Assembly (NCBI GenBank): GCA_054661495.1
Contig: BAAFSQ010000070.1
Location: 12,184-44,183 of the forward strand
Length of the DNA stretch: 32,000 nt
Source: Zygophlyctis sp. KS116
Taxonomy: Eukaryota; Fungi; Chytridiomycota
Direction: 5' to 3'
The notes under the pieces were generated by a model that saw only the letters and a list, made by a program, of their open reading frames with translations, ran no database searches and was not told the origin of the DNA. Within the stretch, counting starts at the first letter, position 1. Each line of letters begins with the position of its first letter. Both the position numbers and the translations under genes were made by a program. This document shows positions 1 to 11,096 of this stretch, piece by piece.

Positions 1-196
1 CCTTGAAATTGAGAATTGCGGAAGACTCTTCTTGTTTAGGAGAAAGTATTGTATTTTCAGTCATTGGAATTTCAGGAAATAAACAAGTTTCCTCTTGTTG
101 AACTATTGGTTCTGGAAAAAGGTTTGAATCATCTCCAAAGAGAGCAGCAGCTTCAGTTGTCCCTAAAATCTCTTGTTCTCGTGCCAAAAAATCCAT
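1..196 (-). CDS. CLC1: Clathrin light chain, 5' part (runs off window start)
   Basis: Not in the ORF track. Minus strand from the ATG at 196 reads MDFLAREQEILGTTEAAALFGDDSNLFPE...KQEESSAILNFK. DFLARE..LG and the EE..AI..F/W segment match fungal clathrin light chains. Confidence 0.75.
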   Translation of the reverse strand, partial: MDFLAREQEILGTTEAAALFGDDSNLFPEPIVQQEETCLFPEIPMTENTILSPKQEESSAILNFK

Positions 197-399
197 TTAG
201 GGGAATTTTTACAATGAGCGTTGTAGTGAATAAGGTTTAAACACACTTAATTAAAGCCAATAAGAGTCTGGACCTTTGGGATTGCTAGGGTAATTTACTT
301 CTCCTAGACTTAATTACGTAACAAATTAAAGGAATATTATATAGGAATATTATTCAAATTCCTAAAGCTAATAATTTCATATAAAGAATCAAAGAATCA

Positions 400-1531
400 A
401 TGGGACAATTTCAATCAATCCCGATAACAGTGGATGAAGGAGTATGACTTTTTAAATTAATATTAGAATCTAGCAAGTCAAAATCCTAGTCTATATCCAA
501 GATCAGACTTTCATTATGATTCAAAAACTGTCAAAAGTTTAATTACAAGTCGCAAATTATCTCCGTTTTACAAACCAACATTGGAAAATTCAGGAGATTC
601 AAAGGTATCTTCAATTTATTAAAAGCAAGATGGAATGTCCTATTTGTTTCTTATATTATCCATCAAATATAAATAGAGCTAGGTGTTGTGATCAGCCCAT
701 ATGTACAGACTGCTTTGTGCAGTTGAAAAGAAATCAAGAAACTTGGAATAGTGTGACTTGTCCTTTTTGTGTACAAGATGATTTTGGAATTGTATATGAT
801 GCGCCAAATGCAAAATTGAAAAAAGGTATGTTTGTATTATAGATTTTATGATATCCTTGATTGGTATTCACACCATACTGTCTGCATCCTGGCTGATCAC
901 TTGTTAGGGGTAGGTCACAGGCAAGGTTATATATGGTGTGATTAACTGATTGACGGCCTTGTTTTCTAATATTTAGAGCCTGTAGATAATCAAAATATTA
1001 TTTCTACAAAAGATTTAAAAAGGAGGACATTTTTAGTTAGTAATCCAAAAGTTGTTTCATGCGGTATTTGAAATTGTTTAAAAAAATAGATGACATACGG
1101 CCAGATTGGAGAGTACGCATGGAAAAATATCTGGAAGAAAGAGCACAAAATCAGAGAAGAGCAAATGCATTACAGAATATGGCCTTAGTAGCAGCTCAAA
1201 GAGCGGAAGAAGCTAGAATCTTGAATCCATTGATTCAGTTGGGGTAATTATATTCATTCTTATTAAAAGAAATGCCAATGGAGATCCACGTGCAACAATG
1301 GAAATGATTTCAAATATATTAGGATCTTTGCAGGTAGGAGATGATGCGCCGATGCGATCTACAAGAGACGTGGCTATTCGATTATCTCAGTTAAATTCTA
1401 TGGGATTGAATTTAGAAGAGCTGATGATTATGGAAGCAACACGTAGGTCAATGATGGATCAGCCAGATAGAGATTCAGATGATGGAGATGTTCCATTGGG
1501 TTTGTTAAATGATTTGCGTCAAGGTGAATAG
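400..1531 (+). CDS. SIP5: Sip5-like RING zinc-finger protein (6 exons; introns 442-466, 605-629, 826-976, ~1074-1099, ~1244-1269)
   Basis: Spliced product [88 protein letters not shown]. These are hallmark Sip5/GW2-DA2-type blocks. The N-terminal MGxxxS fits myristoylation. Confidence 0.85.
855..956 (+). ncRNA. Candidate intronic structured RNA (long imperfect hairpin) inside the 151-nt intron
   Basis: TCACACCATA (868-877) pairs perfectly with TATGGTGTGA (932-941). 857-865 pairs with 945-953, 879-884 with 918-923, and 887-893 with 903-909, using several G-U pairs. Family not recognised. Confidence 0.5.
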
Positions 1532-1547
1532 AGTTTTTGTTTTATAA

Positions 1548-2192
1548 ATGCGTTCTGAAAGCCCTGAAAGCCAAAGAGTTGCGATTGATTACTACGATTG
1601 GGAAATATTGTCCATCTCTAATCAAATTCAAAAACTTCCAATCCAATCTTCATTACTGATCGGCTCTGGAATCGGTAACCAAGATTTAATACCAGTTGAT
1701 ATTAATGGATCTGTTTTTAGACATGAGAATCATTTATGGCTAGACTTTGATCATCTTTCCACTTTATTATTATTTCCTGATGCAAGCATTAGATCAATTG
1801 TATTTGATAAATCCACCTTCCGTTACATGCATTGTCACCCAGACATAATTTCACAATGGCATCGTATACTAATAGACGGAGGTATCTTATGTTTTGAATT
1901 CGGATTTGCTAGTGTTTCATTTGGGCCTAAATTCTCTTTTGAAGCTAATCCATGCCACATTAAATCCCCTATTGTCAAATCTATTCACGTATACAAATCA
2001 TTATCAGACACAAGTTTTGGAATAATCAATGATCAAGAAAACATGTATGCAGCTATATCTCATTCTCATCAACACGAATTATTTCGGAAACTTGAACAAC
2101 TGTTTTCATCTTGGAATAGAATTGAATTAATGTACAAAAACTATCCTTTTGGTAAAATCAATGTCGATCAATGGATAAGAGTCAATAAGTAA
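1548..2192 (+). CDS. Class I SAM-dependent methyltransferase-like protein (intronless)
   Basis: Motif I-like LLIGSGIG, LFPDASIRSIVFD (LPF.D.SFD-like) and WHRILIDGGILCF (RILKPGG-like). Confidence 0.6.
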   Translation: MRSESPESQRVAIDYYDWEILSISNQIQKLPIQSSLLIGSGIGNQDLIPVDINGSVFRHENHLWLDFDHLSTLLLFPDASIRSIVFDKSTFRYMHCHPDIISQWHRILIDGGILCFEFGFASVSFGPKFSFEANPCHIKSPIVKSIHVYKSLSDTSFGIINDQENMYAAISHSHQHELFRKLEQLFSSWNRIELMYKNYPFGKINVDQWIRVNK

Positions 2193-2640
2193 TTACGTTG
2201 ATTTGCTCTTATCACCGCCAGATTCTTCAGAATCACGAGGAGAACGCATTATAGTCACAATTTTACTTGCATTCACAACTACTCCAGAACTTTCATCAGT
2301 TTTCCAGTATTGGAGTTCACCTTCAACGAGTATTTTATTTCTAATTAATTAACTTAATAGTCATACCCAGTTTTGATATATGCTTCAGCAGCAGGATCAA
2401 GTGTAGTAACATTATGCCATGTAGTTTTTTGCGTTAATTCACCATCGCTGCCTTTAACAGTTTTAAAAGTTGCAAGAGGAAATTTGTATCTTCCCTTTAT
2501 ATTCCCTTGAGGATTTGTAAACTCAAGAAACGCTGGTTCTTTGCCAACATTTCCGACCAGCACAACATGTTGGTAGCCTATTGATAAACTAAAGCTCTCA
2601 AATTACTCATGAATCTTTTAAAACTTGTCATTTTCAACAT
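2193..2640 (-). CDS. RIM1: Mitochondrial single-stranded DNA-binding protein (3 exons; 29- and 26-nt introns)
   Basis: Spliced: MLKMTSFKRFMSYQHVVLVGNVGKEP...FPLAT...TTWHNV...YIKTGNKILVEGELQY...DKSKST*. Has SSB OB-fold motifs and a basic presequence. Confidence 0.85.
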
Positions 2641-2659
2641 TTTCAAATTGTTTCTAGGG

Positions 2660-4205
2660 TCATCTTCCCGTCGGCGGAGGAGGAGGCATCATTGATACAG
2701 TGTTTGGAAGAAAAGATTTTGGTATGTTTGGTGTTGAGAGACTTTCTTGATTCGTGAATGATATTCCCATACCAGGGATATTACGATCTAATCCAGGAAT
2801 AGACACTGGAACCATTGATTTCTTACCTCCTAGACCTGGAAGGCGTGAATCTGGCTCTTCTTCGGCAACTTCATCTCTCATACCAGACTCTTCTTCAGCC
2901 CTTTCTCCTGGTCTACTTCTGGTCCAAAATCTTGTGGCATGGTCGTGAGATCCAGATACTAGTATATGTCCAAGAGGATGCCAATCAAGAGAATAAACTG
3001 CTCCATCATGTGCATTTTCCATTGATCTGTAGGGAGAATTTGTCCTAAATTTAAAATTATTTAATATTACCCAACAAACCAAAAATGCATACTGCCCTCG
3101 TATCCCCCTGATGCAAATAAGGTTTCATGGATAGGATGCCAAGAGACTGAAAAAACTTCACGCTTATGTCCACGAAAAGTCTGAACTTCCTTCATCATTC
3201 TTATATCAAACATTTTAATTAATTGATCTCTTGCTCCTGATAATAGCCAATTACCGTTTTTATTCCATTGAAGACCAAGAATAGTATTTGAATGACCATG
3301 CCTTGAAATTATAAATTTAATATCTTACAGTGTTGCTAAAGATTTTCCAGATTTAGGATCCCAGATTTTAATTAAATTATCTTTTGCTCCTGAAGCTAAA
3401 ATTCCTTTTGAAGGATGCCAGTCAATACATCTTACATCCCAACCATGACCTAAAATCACATTAGAAAATATACCTGTTAATATTCGCTCCTCTTTTGCTT
3501 CTTCAAATGACCATAATCTAATTGTACCATCATCACTCGCACTAGCAAATTTTGAATCAGTTGGGGAGAAACAAACTTCCCGAACACACTCTTTATGACC
3601 TTGAATCGCCTTGAGATTATTCATATTTGGTTGCCAATACTTGATTACACCACCATCATCTCCAGTAAGCATATAAGCCCCATTATGAGCCCACTTTATA
3701 GTCCTGATTGCTCGATCATGAGCCTGAAGAATTGTTTCAAAATTAAAAGTCAGACCATTCCATAATGTGAATTCTCCAGATGAGGCACCTGTTATCAGTC
3801 GTCTTCCTTCCGGCGTCCATTTTACAGCATGTATAGGACATCTGATCTTATTTACTGAGCTATGAATGAATTTTAAAGGCACTGAAATGATTGGATCATT
3901 CTGGTAAGCGAATGGAGGCAACAACTAAAGTTAAAATCAATGACGAATGTAAATTTTCAAATGATAATACACATACATTATAGATAAAATTAGGATCTGG
4001 CTGCATGACAGGATTTCCCTTTAGTTTTCCCCTGTGCTGACAATGAGATCAATAAAAATACCAAAATCTGACGAATCACTAGAGCATTGAAATCAATGGT
4101 TCGACGTTGAATGGCTTTCCGAATCTTTTTAGTGTCTGACTGAGCTCCTTGACCGGCAGCAATCAAAGTGGGTGCTGGCCGTTTGCCATTAAGTTGCTGA
4201 TACAT
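2660..4205 (-). CDS. PFS2: Pre-mRNA 3'-end processing WD40 protein PFS2/WDR33 (6 exons; introns 25, 52, 24, 27, 26 nt)
   Basis: [103 protein letters not shown]. Confidence 0.95.
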
Positions 4206-4301
4206 TTACTCCCTTGAACCCAAACCTCAAAAACTCAACTAAATATAAGTCCTATGCAGCATTTTTCTTTTAAATTTTAACTATTTCATAAATATCAGTT
4301 T

Positions 4302-6293
4302 TTACTGAGATCCAGCCGTAGAAGATCTAACTAATTTCTCCTTTCCTCCAGCTTTCAATTGTTCTTGAGATCCTTTAATAGATAATTGATCATTTGAATT
4401 TTTTCGAGATTTTAAATCTTCCTTTGATCCCTTGATAGATAACTGGTCATTGGATTTCTTTTGAGATTTCAAATCATCCTTTGATCCTTTTTTGGGTTCT
4501 TTAATGGACTTGGCTTCGGATTGAGGTCGTGATACTTTTTCTTCTGTGAATATTTCTGATGCTTCAGAAGCTACAGATGATGTTGCACCAGCAGATCTTA
4601 ATCTAGAGAGGGCATCGGGTGTCTGGACGCCAGATTTGGATACTTGCTTTGGAGAAGCCACAGCAGATCTGGCTGTAGATTTAGCAGATGTGACATTAGA
4701 ACGGGTCACTTCCTTTGGAGATGCAACAGCAGATCTCAAGTCTGTTTTGGGAGTTGTAGCCATGGAGCGGTTATTGGATTTTGGAGATGCGGTTTCAGGT
4801 TTTTTATAAGAAATGCCAGGAGCTCTAGGAGATTGAGGATTGGACTTGTTGGAAAATTGTTGAACCTCTTTTTCTCCATAAATTTCATCATGGTTTCCAG
4901 AATCTGATATATTTCCGTCATCAACAATGCCTTGTAATTGTTCTGAAACTTCTGACTTTTGCTTTGGGGTTGAAGCTATAGATTTATTTTGAGATTTAGA
5001 AGCTTTTGGGGTTGCTCGATTCTTGTTTTCTGCTTGTTTTGGTGGTTGCTCCTTGATAGATTCGGTAAATGAGGGCTGTGTGTTCATGGACTTTTGCTGC
5101 TTTTGAGTCCAATGCTCTGTTACTTTCCTAATGCGTGACATGTGTTCATTCTTCATAGTGATACCACCCAGCCCATGAGATGGAGAATTTTGAATCGCCT
5201 TTGTATTATATCTGATACGAATTAGGGGATCATTATTTGCGACCAAAATATAACCTTTCCCACTTTCTATATCCTCTATTTTTTGTATTTTTGCACCTTC
5301 TCCTTCCATTGTATATATCTGCTGAACTTTACCAGTAACAAGCTCGATTTGATTATTTAGATGGTCCAAAAGCTATTTTTATTAGACTTTTAAACTTACT
5401 TTGTGTAATCCAGTAAAACGTTTCTTTGTAATACTGACACTAATTCCTGAATGATAAGGATCTCCATTAGGAAAGAAATGAGCAATAGTTGGAGCGACAT
5501 TCGGCGCATTTGGGGCCTTAAAAAGAGGATCGACCAGTTGATATTGCAACTTTTTAACATTATCATTTGTAACAGCAATCAAATTCATTCCATCCTGTAA
5601 ATCATGGAGTCCTTGTAATTTCTTGAAAGATGCGGCATCATAAACCTTTCTTATTTGACCAGTTGGTAATTTTAAAAGACTGCTTAGAAAACGCAAAAGC
5701 TATAATTCTTTAAATTAGAAAATCGTACATGTTCAAAACTTCTACAATTTCGATGATTCAGTAAAATCTTGATAGGTTCATTCACAACTCCATTTATGAA
5801 TACCATTACCTTGTAAGCTTTTGTCTATGTTTAGATATTGATCATCTTACCGAAGGACTAAAGATAGGCTTTTCATTCTTATTAAAAATGCTATTGATAT
5901 CCGAATTAAGCATGCCATGACTATGATGTGCTCTGTTTGCTGCAATATTTTGTCTGCTTTTCATAGGAGTTTCAGCAATAGGATCATCTTCAATAAGATA
6001 AGGAACTCTTTTAAAAGAATCCCCACCAGATGCCACATACATTCCTCCGTCCTTTATTTCACCCAACGACTTGACTGGAGTGCCGTCTATTGAATACATT
6101 CTGCGGACAGCTCCAGATGTCAATGGTACATTTTCAGCTATTTGATATAGAAACTAATATTATAAATTCCAAGTACCTGCTCATAATTTCTAAAGACTCT
6201 ATTAGAAATTACCATCTTCTTGCCAGGCGTCCAAGTATCTCCATTTCTAAATACCTTGATTTTTCTTGATCTAAACTCTTCAAATGTAGACAT
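4302..6293 (-). CDS. Doublecortin (DCX) domain protein with three DCX domains and a Ser/Lys/Pro-rich tail (5 exons; introns 23, 26, 29, 27 nt)
   Basis: DCX1 KIKVFRNGDTWTPGKKMVI..FRNYEQFL..GAVRRMYSIDG..YVASGGDSFK. DCX2 VMVFING..ILLNHRNCRSFEHLLRFLS..GQIRKVYD. DCX3 HFFPNGDPYHSG..GKVQQIYTMEG. Confidence 0.85.
4353..4490 (-). repeat. 57-bp (19-aa) coding tandem repeat, ~2.4 copies, KGSK[DE]DLKSxKxSNDQLSI
   Basis: GATCC anchors at 4369, 4426 and 4483 (spacing 57); the repeat is also visible in the translation. Confidence 0.85.
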
Positions 6294-6637
6294 TAGATTA
6301 TCTAAAGTTAAGATTGGTTTGTTTACACTTATTGTTTAACGATGACGTATGCGTTGGTCCGATCATAGCCGCATGATACTTTTCAGATTTCCAGATATCC
6401 CAATGATTGCCATGATTGCTCATCATTACGAGCATTGATCATTGATAATACATTTCAATTAGTGCTTGATCAGATCTAAATTTTGTCCGAATAACAATTA
6501 GACTTGAAGCAATTTAGCAATGCCTCGAGCACTCGATAGTAATAAACTTGAGTTATACTTTGTACGATTCATGATTTGATGTCTTTAAATTTACTTTTGA
6601 TCTTCTCCAGCAATTTAATCTAGCAGAATCAGCGCCA

Positions 6638-9521
6638 ATGCCAAATTATGATATTCTTGGGATTACCGTTCGCTTTCCTTATAATGCCTACGACTGCCAA
6701 ATAAAACTCATGGAGTCTGTTATAAAGAGTTTAAAGGAAGGCTCAAACGCACTTGTGGAATCACCAACCGGTAATTATACACTATTTATCATAGGTACGG
6801 GTAAAACATTGTGTTTATTATGCTCTGTATTGGCATGGAGAGAGGCTCTTGCTGCAAGGAATCAGCTTCAACAACTAGACTCTAGTAATAAAAATACTAT
6901 GCTGAAAAGTCTGGAAGAAGCTGTTTTCTCTAAAACAGAAAATAATGCTATTGCAGAAATACCAAAAATATATTATGCTTCTAGGACTCATTCTCAATTG
7001 AGTCAAGTTATGAAGGAACTTAAAAATACGAGCTACAAACCAAACGTGTCTGTATTGGGGAGTAGAGATCAATTATGCATTCATGAAGACGTATATAAAG
7101 CTCCTTCTTTTGCAAAGACTGGAATGTGTAGAGTTAAAGTGGCTAAAAAGTCTTGTTCGTTTTATGCAGGAGCAAAGGCAAAGAAAAATGTAGATGAAAT
7201 ACTGGATATCGAAGAATTGGTGTCGTTTGGAAAAAAATCGAATTCCTGTCCTTACTATCTCTCACGTGAAATGCAGTCAAATGCAGATATAATATTTCTT
7301 CCTTATAATTACTTGATAGACTCAAATACAAGAAAATCTCAAAATCTTGATGTAAAAAATGCAATTATAATCTTTGATGAAGGTATATTTGTTAGTCCTA
7401 AAAAAAGCACATAATCTTGAAAGTGTTTGTACAGAAAGCACTTCTTTTGAAATTAATACAAATGATATTAATGCCTGTTCTGGAGAAATTTCTGCGTGTA
7501 TGGAGATTATATCTCAAAATCCAAGTGTTCTTGCAAGTGTGAAGGATTTTGTTGGGCTAAGAGGTTTATTAATGCTTTCTAAAATTAAGAAACTGTACAG
7601 AAATTGGCCAGGGAAATTTTGAAATTGCCGTTTGAAGGTCCGAACAAGGAATTTGTAAAGAATGGCGACTTTGTGTATGATTTTTTTTCAAAAGTGGGTA
7701 TTAATTTTGCCAATGCTTCATCTTTAATTCATTTGATTGAACAAGCGCAGGAACTTTTAGCATCAGATCCAAAGAAAAAAGTCGTAAAGGTTAATCTAAG
7801 AGCTCTAGAAGAGGCTCTTAAAATAATTTTCAGAGAAGCCGTTCGGCAAAAGCCTAAAGGAGTATCTCAAATGAGTAAAAGTTATAAGATGCATGTAACG
7901 GAAGGTGATCCTTGGGCAAACGCAAATCCTGGAAGAAATTTTAATTATTGGTGTTTTCATTCTAGTGTTGCTCTTCACGATTTAATGCTTCCAGGAATAA
8001 GATCTACGATTTTAGCGTCAGGGACTTTAAGTCCACTATCTTCATTTGCTCATGAAATGGGGATTCCTTTTCTTAATAGAATTGAGAATCCTCATGTGAT
8101 TTCAAATGATCAAGTTATGATAGCAGTAATCCCTAAAGGACCAAATAATTGCCGGCTATCTTCTTCATATGAAAATAGAAATTCATCTGACTCTGTAGTG
8201 GATATGGGAAATGCTATTCTCAACTTTATTCAAGTCATTCCTCAAGGGGTATTAGTCTTTTTTCCATCATACACATTGATGCAACAATCTATTGACGCAT
8301 GGAAAAGACAGGCAGGTTTTTTAAGACTCACTATAGGGCGTCTGGGATAGATTATCTAGGATAAAAGAGCCAGTTATAGAACCAAAAGGAAAAATAGAAT
8401 TTACCAGGGTAAATCCATCTTTTTTATCAGTAGGCTATCGAGACTTTTTATGCAAAATTAAGAGATCCTCGAATTCAAGGTGCTATCTTTTTTGCTGTTT
8501 GCAGAGGAAAAGCCTCGGAAGGCATTGACTTTTCTGACGGAAAAGGCCGTGCAGTGATTGTTTGTGGAATCCCATATCCTGCAGCAAAGGACCCAAAGGT
8601 TTTGCTCAAGAAAAAATTCTTGGATGATCTTGTGTCGAAAGACGTACGTGTTGCCAGCGATTCACTAAATGGAGCCGAGTGGTATCGTCAACAGGCTTCA
8701 CGTGCGGTAAATCAAGCGATTGGAAGAGTGTATTATCCGAAAAAATTAAATTAACTTTTTTAGTATTCGACATCGTAAAGATTTTGGAGCTATTTTATTA
8801 TGTGATGATCGGTAGGAATTTTACATTTTAAAAACAGATTTGGCCTTCCGTATAATATCAGTCAACTGTCAGCTTGGGTCCGTCCATTAGTCAAAGTATA
8901 CAATAGATATGACGAAGCAAAGGAAGCTGTCAAATCATTCTTTGTAAAGAACACATCTGGAACTATAAATCTTCCCAAGACACCAAAAATGACTATTAAG
9001 GAACCTTTAAAGGGACATTATGAACTATTAAAAGAGTCCGAGTTCTCATCTCTACTAGGTAATTTTTAAGATTCTTGTATACTTTAGAAAAGAAGACTAC
9101 AAAAGCTACTGTAACAAGCAACAATGAATTAGAAACGACACAAAATTCATCTCGACACCATACCACCATGAATCAACTCGCCGTTAGCCAGGGTAAAAAT
9201 GTCCTGAAACGACCCATTGGCAATATTCATGATAGCACCAGTGGCACTCGAGAACATTTAAGACCTAAAGCGTCTGGTTATCTGAAACAGGTTAAGCAAT
9301 CCTTATCAAGTAAAGGTTATCAGGAGTTTACCCAAGGACTAAAGGATTTCAAATCACGAAATATTCCCTTCAAGCTTCTCCTCTCAAAAATATCACGGCT
9401 TTTTGATACTCTACCTTTAGAAGTAGAGTTATTAGAAGGATTTCAAGATTTTGTTCCGAAAAAGTACCTTTCAGAGTACATGAATCTGGTGATATCTGCC
9501 AAAAGATTAAGACACAATTAA
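6638..9521 (+). CDS. RTEL1: RTEL1-type Fe-S DEAH DNA helicase (XPD/FANCJ family), 9 exons
   Basis: VRFPYNAYDCQ, ESPTG/TGKTLCLLC, IYYASRTHSQLSQV, four Fe-S Cys, FDE/AHN, ILASGTLSP, AVCRGKASEGIDFSD, QQASRAVNQAIGRV/IRH. A C-terminal harmonin-homology-like helical domain (YLKQVKQSLS..F.DFVPK) favours RTEL1 over FANCJ. Confidence 0.85.
8312..8336 (+). other. 25-nt GC-AG intron in RTEL1
   Basis: CAG|GCAGGTTTTTTAAGACTCACTATAG|GGCGTCTGG restores WKRQGVWDRLSRIKEPVIEPK. The nearby GT donor at 8316 gives a stop. Confidence 0.75.
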
Positions 9522-9996
9522 ATTTGCTTTTAATATCAGCAAGTTTGCCGATTGCAATCATTATTTAATGGATTATTGGAATACAATACATATAAGATAT
9601 ATATGCATTAAGTCCGATCCTCTTTATTGACAGGTAACAAGATTTGCCATTCGGGCAGTAGCTTTAAAATGTCATATCCGAGATTTAGATGTACAGGATT
9701 GAGCAAAGATTGAGGCCAGAAGTAAATTTGAACGAAGAAAGTGGGGGAATATGTCTCTTTCATCATGATTCTGTCCCACCCGAATGAAGTTCCCCATTGG
9801 GAAGGTCGAGACTAAGGGTGAATATTTAATGATCAAAGGTAAGAGAGTCTCAGCATTGGTAATAATAATTCTCAAAAATAACTATCAATTCTAATGAAGA
9901 TCAGACATGGTGCATTTATTATCAATTGGGAGATTCTCCTTCTACTTTTTGATATATAAATCTTGTCCGAAACCTCTCTACCTGGAAATTTGAAAT

Positions 9997-10227
9997 CTAT
10001 TCATCGAGTTCATCAAATGCATTGCTTCTCTTTATCTCGTACTGTTCTCTGAGATACTTTTCATAAGCTTCCTGATGAGTTAGCTGCTTTGCAGAAGTAA
10101 CTCTCTGCGATTGAGCATTATTAGCAGCTTTGGGTGCTACTTTAGGAACTGTAACTTTACCAGTTGGGAATTTAAATGGCATAGCAGTAGTAATTGCGAT
10201 CATAAGCATAAACATTAGTCCTTTCAT
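9997..10227 (-). CDS. Small putatively secreted protein (~76 aa), unknown function
   Basis: MKGLMFMLMIAITTA|MPFKFP looks like a signal peptide, followed by a basic then acidic mature part. An upstream in-frame ATG at 10266 is also possible. Confidence 0.55.
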   Translation of the reverse strand: MKGLMFMLMIAITTAMPFKFPTGKVTVPKVAPKAANNAQSQRVTSAKQLTHQEAYEKYLREQYEIKRSNAFDELDE

Positions 10228-10318
10228 TTTTAATTTTGAGAGTTTTGCGGTATCATATTGCGCCATTAAATAGCCGTCAGCGGCAACTTTCTGTTACAGA
10301 TCTGATCCCCTGTGGCGA

Positions 10319-11083
10319 CTAAGCCAATCCTTCCCAATCGAAGCAGATAGAAATAAATCCAAATTTTTCACTCCACGAACATAATACATTAGATTTCTTT
10401 ACAGCAGTACCCAATCTTCCCATTGCTATGATTTCTTTTGAGCTAAACGTTTGATTTGGATTTGCTATTATAACTATAAAATCACTATGATAATCATCAG
10501 GAGATCCATTATATAACAAGTAATCACCACCAAACTTACTCCCTCTAGTGATGTGATAACCCATCTCATACAAGTGTTTGAATATTTTATATCTGGCCTT
10601 TTGATCATCTGTACAAGGCCAATTCCATACTGCAAGAGTTGTATTTTGATTCCAAACATAGTGATCTGCAGCAGTTGGCGTTTCTACTGGCGATCGAATT
10701 TGAGATAGAAGATGAGAAGGGATCATTTGTCCAGTATTTTCCAGTTTAAATTGTTTGATCTTGTCCGATTTAACTAGTCGAAGTTTTTGATACTCTTGGA
10801 TCTGCAGATTAAAGTCTTGCTGAAACTGATTTATCTGATCTTGACTTGCTTCTCCAGATTCATCATCGAATAATTGAGCACAACCATACTCAAGTAATAA
10901 AGTAACTTGCTCTGGCAATAGATCGAACGGAAGTCCCAAATCTTGCATTGAACTTGCAGATGAACCAATCCATGAACCATATATTCTCACTTGTCTCAAG
11001 TAAATTGCATGCGATGTCTTCCATACTCTAACAGATCCGGATTTTGTCAAGAATAAAGGAATCGGTAAGTCAATTTCACTCAT
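10319..11083 (-). CDS. SEN34: tRNA-splicing endonuclease catalytic subunit Sen34 (intronless)
   Basis: LGLPFDLLPEQVTLL, RYKIFKHL...GYHITRGSKFGGDYLLYNGSPDDYHS, GRLGTAVKK (Tyr/His/Lys triad). Likely start MSEIDL at 11083. Confidence 0.92.
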   Translation of the reverse strand: MSEIDLPIPLFLTKSGSVRVWKTSHAIYLRQVRIYGSWIGSSASSMQDLGLPFDLLPEQVTLLLEYGCAQLFDDESGEASQDQINQFQQDFNLQIQEYQKLRLVKSDKIKQFKLENTGQMIPSHLLSQIRSPVETPTAADHYVWNQNTTLAVWNWPCTDDQKARYKIFKHLYEMGYHITRGSKFGGDYLLYNGSPDDYHSDFIVIIANPNQTFSSKEIIAMGRLGTAVKKSNVLCSWSEKFGFISICFDWEGLA

Positions 11084-11096
11084 AAAAATTTCCAGA

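Noticed and set aside
49-240. Plus-strand 63-aa ORF
   Set aside because: Antisense shadow of the clathrin light chain CDS.
281-294. RFX X-box-like ATTGCTAGGGTAAT, also GATTGCCATGATTGC near 6405 upstream of the DCX gene
   Set aside because: Both lack the conserved GT...AC ends and cannot be distinguished from chance.
4546-4927. Overlapping short ORFs here, and similar ones at 2754-3048, 13065, 15043, 20583-20842, 21202-22139 and 31010-31650
   Set aside because: Antisense or alternative-frame shadows of low-complexity real genes, with no motifs of their own.
9600-9990. Short ORFs, including a KFPIGKV peptide echoing KFPTGKV of the small secreted protein
   Set aside because: The match is too short, on the opposite strand, and there is no coherent reading frame.
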